The notes below the pieces were generated by a model. That model did no database searches. It saw only the letters and a list, made by a program, of their open reading frames with translations, and had not been told where the DNA came from. This document shows positions 28,182 through 36,976 of a DNA stretch of 64,000 nt, piece after piece; position 1 is the first letter of the stretch; each line of letters opens with the position of its first letter. This stretch comes from Candidatus Heimdallarchaeota archaeon (GTDB taxonomy: Archaea > Asgardarchaeota > Heimdallarchaeia > Heimdallarchaeales > Heimdallarchaeaceae): NCBI GenBank assembly GCA_021399345.1, contig JAAFKI010000112.1, positions 1 through 64,000 on the forward strand, written 5' to 3'. Made by a program: the position numbers and the translations under genes.

Positions 28182-30632
28182 TTATTTGTTCGTTAAGAAG
28201 GTGTTATCTATGAAACCAGTTATCGATCTACGTTCTTCATAATTTAGATTTAAGCCAGATTTACTGAAAGAGACTAATCTTTCCCAGATACTACCAGATT
28301 CATTTAAAATTCTTGAAAAATCGTCTAGTTTATGAATTGCTGCAAATGATTTTCCAACGAAAAAATAACTAAAGAATAGCGTATCTATCCTTCTAAGTAT
28401 ATAGGAATAATCGTACAACCGTCCTCTTCTTGCTGTTTTATGATTTGTTTCTTCTTCTATCTGTGTTTTCATTTCTGGTAAAATTCTTTCTATTATATCA
28501 TCTTCCAAAGTATCCATTAATTTCTCAGAGAATAATATTTCACCAAATTCAGTAAAAATAAAGATTATGACAGGTTTTTCATCTTCTTTTTCAACTTCTG
28601 CAGGAAGGACTACTCCTTTCTTTAACATCTGACTTAACATATCTTCTATTCTTGTGAGTTCTAAAATCTCTACAATGGAAGGAAGTTTTGTAGTAAACTT
28701 TCTCCATAAATCGAGCTGACTAATTAAGAAATCGTGTTCATCTGAAATCTTTCTAGCCATAAGATTCAAACCTTTTTCCTCAGCCATCACTTGTGCATTA
28801 AAATACAAACGTTGTGCTTCTTCAGCATTCAATTCAAGAAGTGAAATTTGGGATTGTAACCAATAAGTCTGCACAAGTAAAGGATAAGTAAGCTCTCTAA
28901 TCCCTATTTGCTGTAATTGATTTATAAAGAATTTAAGCTCTTCTAGTAACTTATAGTCTTCTGATTCCTTCAATTCAATGAGTAAAAGATCGCATAAGTT
29001 TAATATTGCAGTTTCAACAATCCGATATTCTACATCTTTCTCATTGATAATATATTTTAGTAATTCTTTGGCTTTCATTCTATCTTGAACATTCTTATTT
29101 CTTTTTAGAACTAAAGCTGTTGAGAGTTTATTAGTTATTTCGAGTACTTTATTTTCTAACTCCTTATCAATTTCCTGTAACGATTGCAAATAAGTAGCAG
29201 CTTTCTCTAAATCCTCCAAATCAAGATAACAAGAAATGAGGTTGGAATAATCTAATGCTAAGTAGAGTTTGTTTTTTTGATTATTGGATGTTTTTCTTAC
29301 TTCATAGAAATAGTGTAAGGCCTTATCATACGCCCCCTTCATTTGAAAAATCCTTCCAATATTAACTAAAGATTCTCTTATTCCATCTGGTCTTTCAAGA
29401 ATTCTAAAATTTTCAAGAGAGTCAGTATAATTTTTCAAAGCTTTATCCAAATCTCCCTTTTTTAGATCTATTTGACCTTTTTGTGATTGAGCTATCGCTA
29501 ATCCTTCAACATCTTCTCTTTCATCAAAATATTCTATTAACTCATTAATGAATTCTAAAGCTCTGTTTAACTCTCCCTTGTATATAAATGCTGAAGTTAA
29601 ACCAGTTTGAATTGCATGAATTGTCCTGTTTGATTCGGCTTCTTTTGCGTTCGACAAAGCTTCATACAAAAGAGTCACTCCTTTTTCATACTCCATCTCT
29701 CCATAGATTACACCATTTGCATAATTGTAAAGAGATAAAGCAGTTAATATTCTATCACCAATTTCACGAAATAAATCACTTGCAATCTTACTATGTTTTA
29801 ATGATAGATCTGATTCACCTTTCTGATTGTACGCCTCATCTAGAGCAAAATGTACGCTTGCTTTAAGCCTTTTTGATCCTATTTCTTCATTGAGGAGAAG
29901 AGCTTCTTCAAGAAGATCAATTGCAGTATCATGATTACCCGAAAAAGCATGCATCATACCTTTTCTAAAAAGAATACTTGCATGACCAATCTTATTCTCA
30001 TCCCTTTTCCAGATTTCTTGAGATTCTTCATAACATTCAAAGGCTTCTTTATACCTTGATTCGAGGTAAAAAAACCAGCCTTTAAGTTCCAAGGAAATAG
30101 CTACTCCATAGTCATAATTTCGTTCGCGACTAAGGTTAATGCATTCATCAAAAGAATCTATTATCTGATCGAAGCTTTCTGGTAGATAGAATTCAAAATA
30201 TCTCTTAGAGATTGTTATTATTCTTACTCTTTGAATTAATAAATCGATTTTTCTTGTAAACATTTCATGTGAATCTATAATTTTAGATTTCTGTAGAATT
30301 TGTTCAGCTTCTTCAAGAAAATCTAATCCTTCTTTCGCTTTACCTAAAATTTCAAAATTTTCAGCTTTACAAATGTAATAATCTAGTTGTTGAACATCAT
30401 TACCAATTTCAAAAATCTCATTATTTATTTCTTCTAGCAAGTTAAGAGCTTGAATGTGATGATTAAGTTTGGTTAAAACCCGGCATTTGAGTAGTTGATA
30501 GACTATTCTTGTTTCTCTAGATGTTGCATTGGAAGATAGAACAGATTGAATTTTCTCCAATAAATGGATACTATGACCTTTTCTAATTAACTGTTCTATT
30601 TGTTCTGGTGTTTCAGAAACAAAATCTGTCAT
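28182..30632 (-). CDS. Large TPR protein with C-terminal longin-like domain
   Basis: More than 10 TPR units; C-terminal IIFIFTEFGEILFS...YSYILRRI..LFFSYFFVG alpha/beta domain. Confidence 0.75.
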   Translation of the reverse strand: MTDFVSETPEQIEQLIRKGHSIHLLEKIQSVLSSNATSRETRIVYQLLKCRVLTKLNHHIQALNLLEEINNEIFEIGNDVQQLDYYICKAENFEILGKAKEGLDFLEEAEQILQKSKIIDSHEMFTRKIDLLIQRVRIITISKRYFEFYLPESFDQIIDSFDECINLSRERNYDYGVAISLELKGWFFYLESRYKEAFECYEESQEIWKRDENKIGHASILFRKGMMHAFSGNHDTAIDLLEEALLLNEEIGSKRLKASVHFALDEAYNQKGESDLSLKHSKIASDLFREIGDRILTALSLYNYANGVIYGEMEYEKGVTLLYEALSNAKEAESNRTIHAIQTGLTSAFIYKGELNRALEFINELIEYFDEREDVEGLAIAQSQKGQIDLKKGDLDKALKNYTDSLENFRILERPDGIRESLVNIGRIFQMKGAYDKALHYFYEVRKTSNNQKNKLYLALDYSNLISCYLDLEDLEKAATYLQSLQEIDKELENKVLEITNKLSTALVLKRNKNVQDRMKAKELLKYIINEKDVEYRIVETAILNLCDLLLIELKESEDYKLLEELKFFINQLQQIGIRELTYPLLVQTYWLQSQISLLELNAEEAQRLYFNAQVMAEEKGLNLMARKISDEHDFLISQLDLWRKFTTKLPSIVEILELTRIEDMLSQMLKKGVVLPAEVEKEDEKPVIIFIFTEFGEILFSEKLMDTLEDDIIERILPEMKTQIEEETNHKTARRGRLYDYSYILRRIDTLFFSYFFVGKSFAAIHKLDDFSRILNESGSIWERLVSFSKSGLNLNYEERRSITGFIDNTFLTNK

Positions 30633-30746
30633 TATAGTGACTCCTTAAACAAAATAAACAGAAATTAAACTATCTTTTATACTTTCTGGAAAAATCTGTA
30701 TTTTCACCAAAATTTAAATAGGTTGTAGACACACTGTTCACATACA

Positions 30747-31214
30747 ATGCCAGACATTGCAACTTCAGATAAAGTTCGTATTCGTGCTAGAGCAAAAAAT
30801 TTTGTTTTAGACCTGTGGGGAGGTCCATTCAAGAACAGTTTTTTGGTGTACGATATAACACTTAGAGCTTTATATAAACATGCAGCAAGATGGAATTTCT
30901 GCTTATTATGCGGTGAAATTGATATTGTTAAGAATTTAACAACAAATCATGATTGTATTAAAGACTACACTGAAAAATTAAGTGAAGATCAGCTTTCAAA
31001 TCCAAAAAACATACCAATGATAATATCAACAAGTTGGATTAAACTAAAAGAATTTTTCCTAACTAATAAACATATAACAACGTTAAATGAATTAGGAGTA
31101 GAAATAAAATACAAAGAAGATATTCCTGTAATTACTACTTCTAAAGATGTTTCAATTGTTAAAGAAGATATTTCAGAGAAAGAAAAAGCAAGAATTCAAA
31201 GTGATAGCAGTTAA
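30747..31214 (+). CDS. Hypothetical protein with CxxC...HxC putative Zn site
   Basis: CLLC...HDC; ATG start preceded by an AT-rich promoter-like box. Confidence 0.55.
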   Translation: MPDIATSDKVRIRARAKNFVLDLWGGPFKNSFLVYDITLRALYKHAARWNFCLLCGEIDIVKNLTTNHDCIKDYTEKLSEDQLSNPKNIPMIISTSWIKLKEFFLTNKHITTLNELGVEIKYKEDIPVITTSKDVSIVKEDISEKEKARIQSDSS

Positions 31215-31356
31215 TTTCCTACAAATTTAGCTATTTTTTTTCATTGAAACTGAAAGATTATGTCTCAAGAGAGAAAATATGTAGACAAAATGTTTATATA
31301 GAGTGTCAACATGTTGTTTACTTGGTTCTATTTAAACAGAATCTCAAGGTGAAAAA

Positions 31357-32583
31357 ATGAAAAAAAAAGCTATAATGTCAAGAAGAAAGATTATAGTGAT
31401 AACTGTTACTACACTAATTATCTTTTCTCTAAATATGAGTACAACCGTTAGTATGTCAACCGTGGACGATTACAAAATATCCAAACCTTTTAATCTAGCT
31501 TTAACACTTCATGGCCCCATAGAAATAATCACTGATGATAATTTTACTGATTATGGTTTTCCTGGCTCAGGAACAGATGTAGACCCTTACATTATTCAAG
31601 AATATAACATTACTACCACAAGCGGAAGTGGAATTTCCATAGAAGATACGACTAAGTATTTTGTTATTCGTGACTGTTATATTGATGCTGATATTTATGG
31701 TATTTACATTAGTTATGTTGCTGATGGAACAGCTACAATCATAAATAACATTTGTACTAATAACAATGATGATGGTATCTTTCTGTGTCATGCTAGTTTT
31801 TCTACTCTGATTAATAACACTTGTACTAACAACGACTACGGTATCTGTATGCTTGGTTCTGCTAGTTCTACTCTGACTGATAACACTTGTAATAACAACA
31901 ATAAGGGAATCAATCTGTATAGTTGTCTTAGTTCTACTCTGACTGATAACACTTGTACAAGCAACAATTATGGTATCTATCTGTATAGTTCTTCTGGTTC
32001 AACTCTTGCAGATAACACTTGTACCAACAACTTGGATGGTATCAATGTGGGACGTTCTTCTTTTTCTACTCTGACTGATAACACTTGTACAAACAACATT
32101 GACAGAGGAATCTATGTAGAGTATTCTTCTGAAGTTACTCTGACTGATAACACTTGTACAAACAACAATTATGGTATCTATCTGCTTAATTCTTATACTT
32201 GTCTTTTTACTGACAATCTTTTACAAGAAAATGAAGAATATGGAATCTACTTAAATTCTCTTTCTGATGACACCATTATTTATCACAATTATTTTGTAGA
32301 CAATAACCTAGGAGGTATTTCACAAGCTAATGATAATGGAACAAATAATTTCTGGTGTAATAAAGAAACCAAACTAGGGAATTACTGGTCTGGTCACGAG
32401 AAAGGAAAATATATTATTGATGGTTCTGCTAATTCAACGGATCCATATCCACTCAAAGAAATTTACGGCACTGAAAGAATCGGAGGTTCTTCTATCCTTC
32501 TAATTTCCTTTATGATTTCAACTATTCTGATTACTCTTGTTAGAAGAAAGAGAAAACACGAAAAGGACGTTAATAATAAATGA
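31357..32583 (+). CDS. Surface-anchored right-handed beta-helix (NosD/pectate lyase-like) protein
   Basis: Signal/TM N-terminus, G.GT..DPYII, PbH1 repeats (NTC.NN..GI.L), GNYW..D.YPL, C-terminal TM plus basic tail. Confidence 0.88.
   Translation: MKKKAIMSRRKIIVITVTTLIIFSLNMSTTVSMSTVDDYKISKPFNLALTLHGPIEIITDDNFTDYGFPGSGTDVDPYIIQEYNITTTSGSGISIEDTTKYFVIRDCYIDADIYGIYISYVADGTATIINNICTNNNDDGIFLCHASFSTLINNTCTNNDYGICMLGSASSTLTDNTCNNNNKGINLYSCLSSTLTDNTCTSNNYGIYLYSSSGSTLADNTCTNNLDGINVGRSSFSTLTDNTCTNNIDRGIYVEYSSEVTLTDNTCTNNNYGIYLLNSYTCLFTDNLLQENEEYGIYLNSLSDDTIIYHNYFVDNNLGGISQANDNGTNNFWCNKETKLGNYWSGHEKGKYIIDGSANSTDPYPLKEIYGTERIGGSSILLISFMISTILITLVRRKRKHEKDVNNK
31801..32199 (+). repeat. Six in-frame 66-69 bp tandem repeats
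   Basis: Units start at 31801, 31867, 31933, 31999, 32065 and 32134 and share a core close to ACTCTGACTGATAACACTTGT. Confidence 0.9.
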
Positions 32584-32814
32584 CAATTGGAGAAATAATG
32601 GTTAATATAATTTGTTGGTTTGCAGTTAATAGGTTTAGTCTACTGTTCTGACAATTAATTTCTCCTATTCTTTTTTCCTTCTTTTTATCTGATCTTCGTT
32701 ATGCTCTATGTGGTTTCAATCAAAAAAGATAATTATAGGGACTCTTAACTAGATTAGGGATGAACAAGGCATTACTGAGAGCTTTTGCTCTATGACGAGT
32801 CATAGTTAGTCTGA

Positions 32815-33870
32815 TTAACTATATCTTCTTCCTATTTTTTTGTATCTCTTCTTCTTTAATTGGTGTAAGTTCTCTGATCCTAACATAGCCATTGTGGTTC
32901 GTAGCTCAAAAATAAAAGTAGTAATAAACTTCCTCAATTCACTTACTCCACCTTTTGCTAGAGCTCTTAATACTGGAAGCGCAAAAGCTACATAATCAGC
33001 ACCTAAAATTAGTGCCTTCACTGCATCAGTACCATTCCATATTCCACCAGAGGCTACTAATTTCACCGTTTTATTTTTCGTTGCTGAACGTGCATGATTC
33101 AGACTAACAGCAGTAGCTATACCTTGTTCCACAAATTCTTCTGAAACATATTCCATATTCTTATTTCTAAGATATTCAATTTTTGTCCAATTGGTACCTC
33201 CAGCACCTGAAACATCGATAGCATAAGGGTGTAGTTTTGCCAAATTATTCAAATCCCTTTTTGAAAAACCAGTTCCTACACCTTTTAGAATAACAGGAAA
33301 CTGCACATTCGATATTAGCTGTTTGAGAGGTTCTAAGGAATAATTATCTTGCTTATCTCCTTCTAATTGTACCAGCTCTTGTAATGGGTTGATATGAATA
33401 GCTAGTGCATCTGCATTAATCATCTCCACAGCTGATTTTGCTTCCTCTATACCATATCTTTTGTTGAATTGAGCTAAACCTAAATTAGCAATTAAGGGGA
33501 TGTCTGGTGCAATATCTCTTACCTCAAATGTTTCACTGAATTTGGTGTCTTCTATAGCAGCCCTTTGTGATCCAACCCCCATCCCAATTCCAAATTCTTG
33601 ACATATTTCTGCTATTTGTTCATTGTACTGTTTTCCCAACTTAGACCCCCCAGTCATACCAGAAACAATGAGTGGATAGTCTATTTTCTTCCCAAAAACA
33701 GTTGTGTTTAGATCTATTTTTTCAAGAGAAAGATTTACAAGAGTTGCAGGATGAAGCTCAATATCTTGAAAGCCATTATTATGTAACTTGTACTCAACAT
33801 TGTGTTCCAAGCAAATCCTAATGTGGTCATCTTTCCTTTTAGATGTAACTTCATCCTTTTCTTGTTCCAT
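32815..33870 (-). CDS. fni: Type 2 isopentenyl-diphosphate delta-isomerase
   Basis: RKDDHI, GMTGG, GVGSQR, HINPLQE, GAGGTNW, SGG. Confidence 0.95.
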   Translation of the reverse strand: MEQEKDEVTSKRKDDHIRICLEHNVEYKLHNNGFQDIELHPATLVNLSLEKIDLNTTVFGKKIDYPLIVSGMTGGSKLGKQYNEQIAEICQEFGIGMGVGSQRAAIEDTKFSETFEVRDIAPDIPLIANLGLAQFNKRYGIEEAKSAVEMINADALAIHINPLQELVQLEGDKQDNYSLEPLKQLISNVQFPVILKGVGTGFSKRDLNNLAKLHPYAIDVSGAGGTNWTKIEYLRNKNMEYVSEEFVEQGIATAVSLNHARSATKNKTVKLVASGGIWNGTDAVKALILGADYVAFALPVLRALAKGGVSELRKFITTFIFELRTTMAMLGSENLHQLKKKRYKKIGRRYS

Positions 33871-34014
33871 ATTGATTATTTGTGGTAAGCTAAATAAAAA
33901 CTTTGTACATCAGAGTTAGCATTTTAAGTGTCTGAGCAATTTTGTATCAAACAGAAAGGTTCAAATGTCTAAAATGACAAATAGCAAAAAAATCAGATAT
34001 TTTAAGTGATAACA

Positions 34015-34275
34015 ATGGAATTTTGCCCAGAATGTGGAAAACTACTGATTCCTAAAAAGAAAGGAAAATCAAAAATGCTATTTTGCGCCAAATGTGGTTA
34101 TGAAGGCAAACTAGAGAAAGGGGAAAATTACGAGGTTCAAGATGAAATTGAACACAAAGCTAGTGACATAACTGAAGTAGTCGAAGTAAACAATGAAGAA
34201 GGTTTATCTGAAGCAGAACTTGAGGCAAGGCGAGAACGATTTATTGAAGGAATAGATTTTCTTGAAACAGAATAA
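34015..34275 (+). CDS. RpoM/TFS-like protein with only the N-terminal Zn ribbon
   Basis: MEFCPECGKLL.P...C.KCGY; no C-terminal Zn ribbon, acidic tail instead. Confidence 0.75.
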   Translation: MEFCPECGKLLIPKKKGKSKMLFCAKCGYEGKLEKGENYEVQDEIEHKASDITEVVEVNNEEGLSEAELEARRERFIEGIDFLETE

Positions 34276-35236
34276 TCCTAAGAGCACACCCAAAGCTGAT
34301 AACGGTTATTCCTCTTTTATTATGATTAGGTTTTCAGAGATAGCAATAAAGGGTTCTAAAACACGAAAATGGTTGACTAAACGTCTGGTAACACACATTG
34401 AGTATGTTTTAAGATTATATGGAATATCAGACCATAAGGTCATAAATGATTATAGTCGTATTTTTGTTGAAAGCTCTCAGCTACTTGAAATAGAGAAGTT
34501 CATAGCTCATTTGGTACCTGGTGTTTCTAGTTTGAGCATTGTAAGATCCTGTTCATCGAATTTGGAAGAAATTAAAGAGTGTGTTAAAGAATTTTTCTTT
34601 CAAAATTTTAAAGAAGGAATGTCTTTCGCTGTAAGAGCTAGAAGAACAGGAAAACATCCTTTTTCCAGTGTAGAGTTAGGAGCTATTATTGGTGAATTTA
34701 TTCTTGAAAACAATGCCAATAAAAAACTAAAAGTCAATCTTGATAAACCAGAGTACACCTTACAGGTTGAGGTAAGGGATAATAGTGCTTACATTTTCGA
34801 TAGGATATCTAAAGGTATGGGAGGCCTTCCAGTTGAAAGTCAAGGTCGAGTATTAGTTATTGCTTCAAATGAAGATGAAGATATTTCAAATATTTTACAC
34901 ATCTATAAAAGAGGAGGAATAACTTATGTTTATTCGATTGAAAATCAAGAGACTATTAATGATAAAAACATAAAACTATTGCACAAGATGTTGGATTTAC
35001 AGCCTAAACTGAAAAATAAAGAAAATCGTTTGTTTCTACTAGCTAACGAATTCGAAATCAGCCAAATGCTTGATTTCTATAAAGAGAATCAATGTCTAGC
35101 AATAACAATGACAAAATCAATTTTCAATAAGATTTCATCTGAAATCCCCACTTCAATTCCAATATTTGTCCCCCATCTAGCAGTTGATGTTGATAAACAC
35201 GAAATAGAAGATTTTCTTTCAGTATTAACCAATTAA
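34262..35236 (+). CDS. ThiI-like THUMP-domain protein with degenerate PP-loop
   Basis: RFSEIAIKG, FAVRARRTGKH.F.S, VNLDKP, GMGGLP..SQGRVL; SGGxDS absent. Confidence 0.8.
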   Translation: MKQNNPKSTPKADNGYSSFIMIRFSEIAIKGSKTRKWLTKRLVTHIEYVLRLYGISDHKVINDYSRIFVESSQLLEIEKFIAHLVPGVSSLSIVRSCSSNLEEIKECVKEFFFQNFKEGMSFAVRARRTGKHPFSSVELGAIIGEFILENNANKKLKVNLDKPEYTLQVEVRDNSAYIFDRISKGMGGLPVESQGRVLVIASNEDEDISNILHIYKRGGITYVYSIENQETINDKNIKLLHKMLDLQPKLKNKENRLFLLANEFEISQMLDFYKENQCLAITMTKSIFNKISSEIPTSIPIFVPHLAVDVDKHEIEDFLSVLTN

Positions 35237-35850
35237 TGTCTGATAATTTCTCCATCAGGATATTCTTCTGAAAAAATGATCCCTTGGAATTTTTGAACAA
35301 TAATCTTTTCTTTTTTCCAAATATCTGTTGGTAAGTAAGCTTTTCTGCAGGTATATGATAGAAATTCTTCCTTATTCCAATTCTGCTCTATTGGAACTTG
35401 AGGAAGTAACAAGCCTTTAGATCCTTTATATTCAACTATGAGACCATCACCAGGTACAGTTATTTGATTAAGTAATTCCTGTGGTGTTTCATATACTATT
35501 GTTTGAGGAGGAGTCATAATTGTAACTTCAAAAACTAACTCAGAAAACTCAGCTTTCTCAACTGGGGGAAACCTTGGATCTTCCATCGTGGAAGATATAG
35601 CTAAATTAATAATCTCCTCATGTAATGGCTTTATGCCTATTGGATAACCTATACATCCTCTCAGAGATGTTTGACCATCAACTTGGGTTTTGACTGTAAC
35701 AAAAGCTCCTGTTACAGTTTCAGCTTGCGGAGGGATTGGCTCCACTGCTTGTGGCTTTAAATTAGCTACAATCCATTGTTTAGCAGCTAACCTCGCTAAT
35801 TTAACTAAATAAATACCAGTTTCATCCTCAATTTGCATATATCTCACCAT
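35233..35850 (-). CDS. AMMECR1-domain protein
   Basis: GAFVT, LRGCIG, DPRFPPV, GLLLPQV. Confidence 0.93.
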   Translation of the reverse strand: MVRYMQIEDETGIYLVKLARLAAKQWIVANLKPQAVEPIPPQAETVTGAFVTVKTQVDGQTSLRGCIGYPIGIKPLHEEIINLAISSTMEDPRFPPVEKAEFSELVFEVTIMTPPQTIVYETPQELLNQITVPGDGLIVEYKGSKGLLLPQVPIEQNWNKEEFLSYTCRKAYLPTDIWKKEKIIVQKFQGIIFSEEYPDGEIIRH

Positions 35851-35852
35851 TA

Positions 35853-36311
35853 CTATAGTTCACTTATTGTCTTTTTTATATCTTCCCAGTGGCTTCCAAC
35901 CCAGTAAATTTTAAAGCACTTTGAGCACTCCCAAAAATCATCGTATTCCTTAGCTGTTCCCTCTGGGATTCTATTCAAAATATCTAATTTGCTTTTCTCT
36001 TTCAAATCACCATTGCAGACACTACATCTCATTTTTAGAGGGTGACACGCGAAATCAACATTAAAATTATCTTTTATTTCTCTAAGCTGCCCAGAAACGT
36101 CTATATTAGTAAGAAAAAGAGTTTTTATCTCCCTTTTTATACATAATTGAAAAACTTCTTGAGATCTAGAAAGAACAATTCTATTATCATCTACTGAGAT
36201 CTGGAGCATTTCATCTATAGATTCATCGGTACGATACAATGTATCAAACCCTAAAAAGCGTAAATATCGGGATAATTTCCCGAGCATTGAATCTGCATAA
36301 AATTTACACAT
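35853..36311 (-). CDS. Mut7-C RNase-domain protein
   Basis: DSMLGKLSRYLRFLGFDT, RCSVCNG, C.KC.KIYW.GSHW. Confidence 0.92.
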   Translation of the reverse strand: MCKFYADSMLGKLSRYLRFLGFDTLYRTDESIDEMLQISVDDNRIVLSRSQEVFQLCIKREIKTLFLTNIDVSGQLREIKDNFNVDFACHPLKMRCSVCNGDLKEKSKLDILNRIPEGTAKEYDDFWECSKCFKIYWVGSHWEDIKKTISEL

Positions 36312-36903
36312 TACTTTCTATCAACTCTTCAGGAGCACAACTTGAACACATGTATAAACCTTGACTGAGGATCAGTTTATCAGAATATTCTCTACAATCA
36401 TCACAATAGCCTGCAAAATCTAGGGATTCATCGTGTTCTGTGTCTTCTGCCATTAATTTAAGATATTCTTGTTCTAGTAAGATTAATTGTGGAACAACTT
36501 TGAATACATCTGAATCTGTACATATTCCAATAATTTTTCCTTCAGAGTTTGTAATAACAAGATGTCTTATGCCTTCTGTGAACATAGTTTGCATAGCTTG
36601 GATGATAGTTAGGGATGGAGATGCTGTAATCACTGGTGAAGACATAGCCTCTTTTGCTGTAACGCTATCCGCTCTTTTGTTCTTGGCAATAACATGTTTG
36701 ATTAGATTCTCTTTGGTAATGATACCAATATTTTTTTCACCAGTATCAACTACTACAACAGATCCGATTCGATTTTCAATTAGAAGCTTTGCACAAACTT
36801 CAGTTGAGGTATTTGGTGTAACTGTGATAACACTCTTAGTCATAATTTCTTTTACAGCCATATCGAATTTTTTCTCATCGAAGATAGATTTCATTTTTTC
36901 CAT
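36304..36903 (-). CDS. CBS-pair protein with C-terminal Zn ribbon
   Basis: Two CBS domains; GYCDDC...C..C; start moved to MEKMKS. Confidence 0.88.
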   Translation of the reverse strand: MEKMKSIFDEKKFDMAVKEIMTKSVITVTPNTSTEVCAKLLIENRIGSVVVVDTGEKNIGIITKENLIKHVIAKNKRADSVTAKEAMSSPVITASPSLTIIQAMQTMFTEGIRHLVITNSEGKIIGICTDSDVFKVVPQLILLEQEYLKLMAEDTEHDESLDFAGYCDDCREYSDKLILSQGLYMCSSCAPEELIESNV

Positions 36904-36976
36904 CCTTTGTTTTATAATAACAAATGAATTTAATACCTTTAAAGGTTTTACACTAATAGTAAATATTGCCCAGATT

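Noticed and set aside
31801-32199. CRISPR array or DGR variable region
   Set aside because: The repeats are in frame within a beta-helix CDS and the 'spacers' are homologous to each other; no cas gene, reverse transcriptase or template repeat is present in the window.
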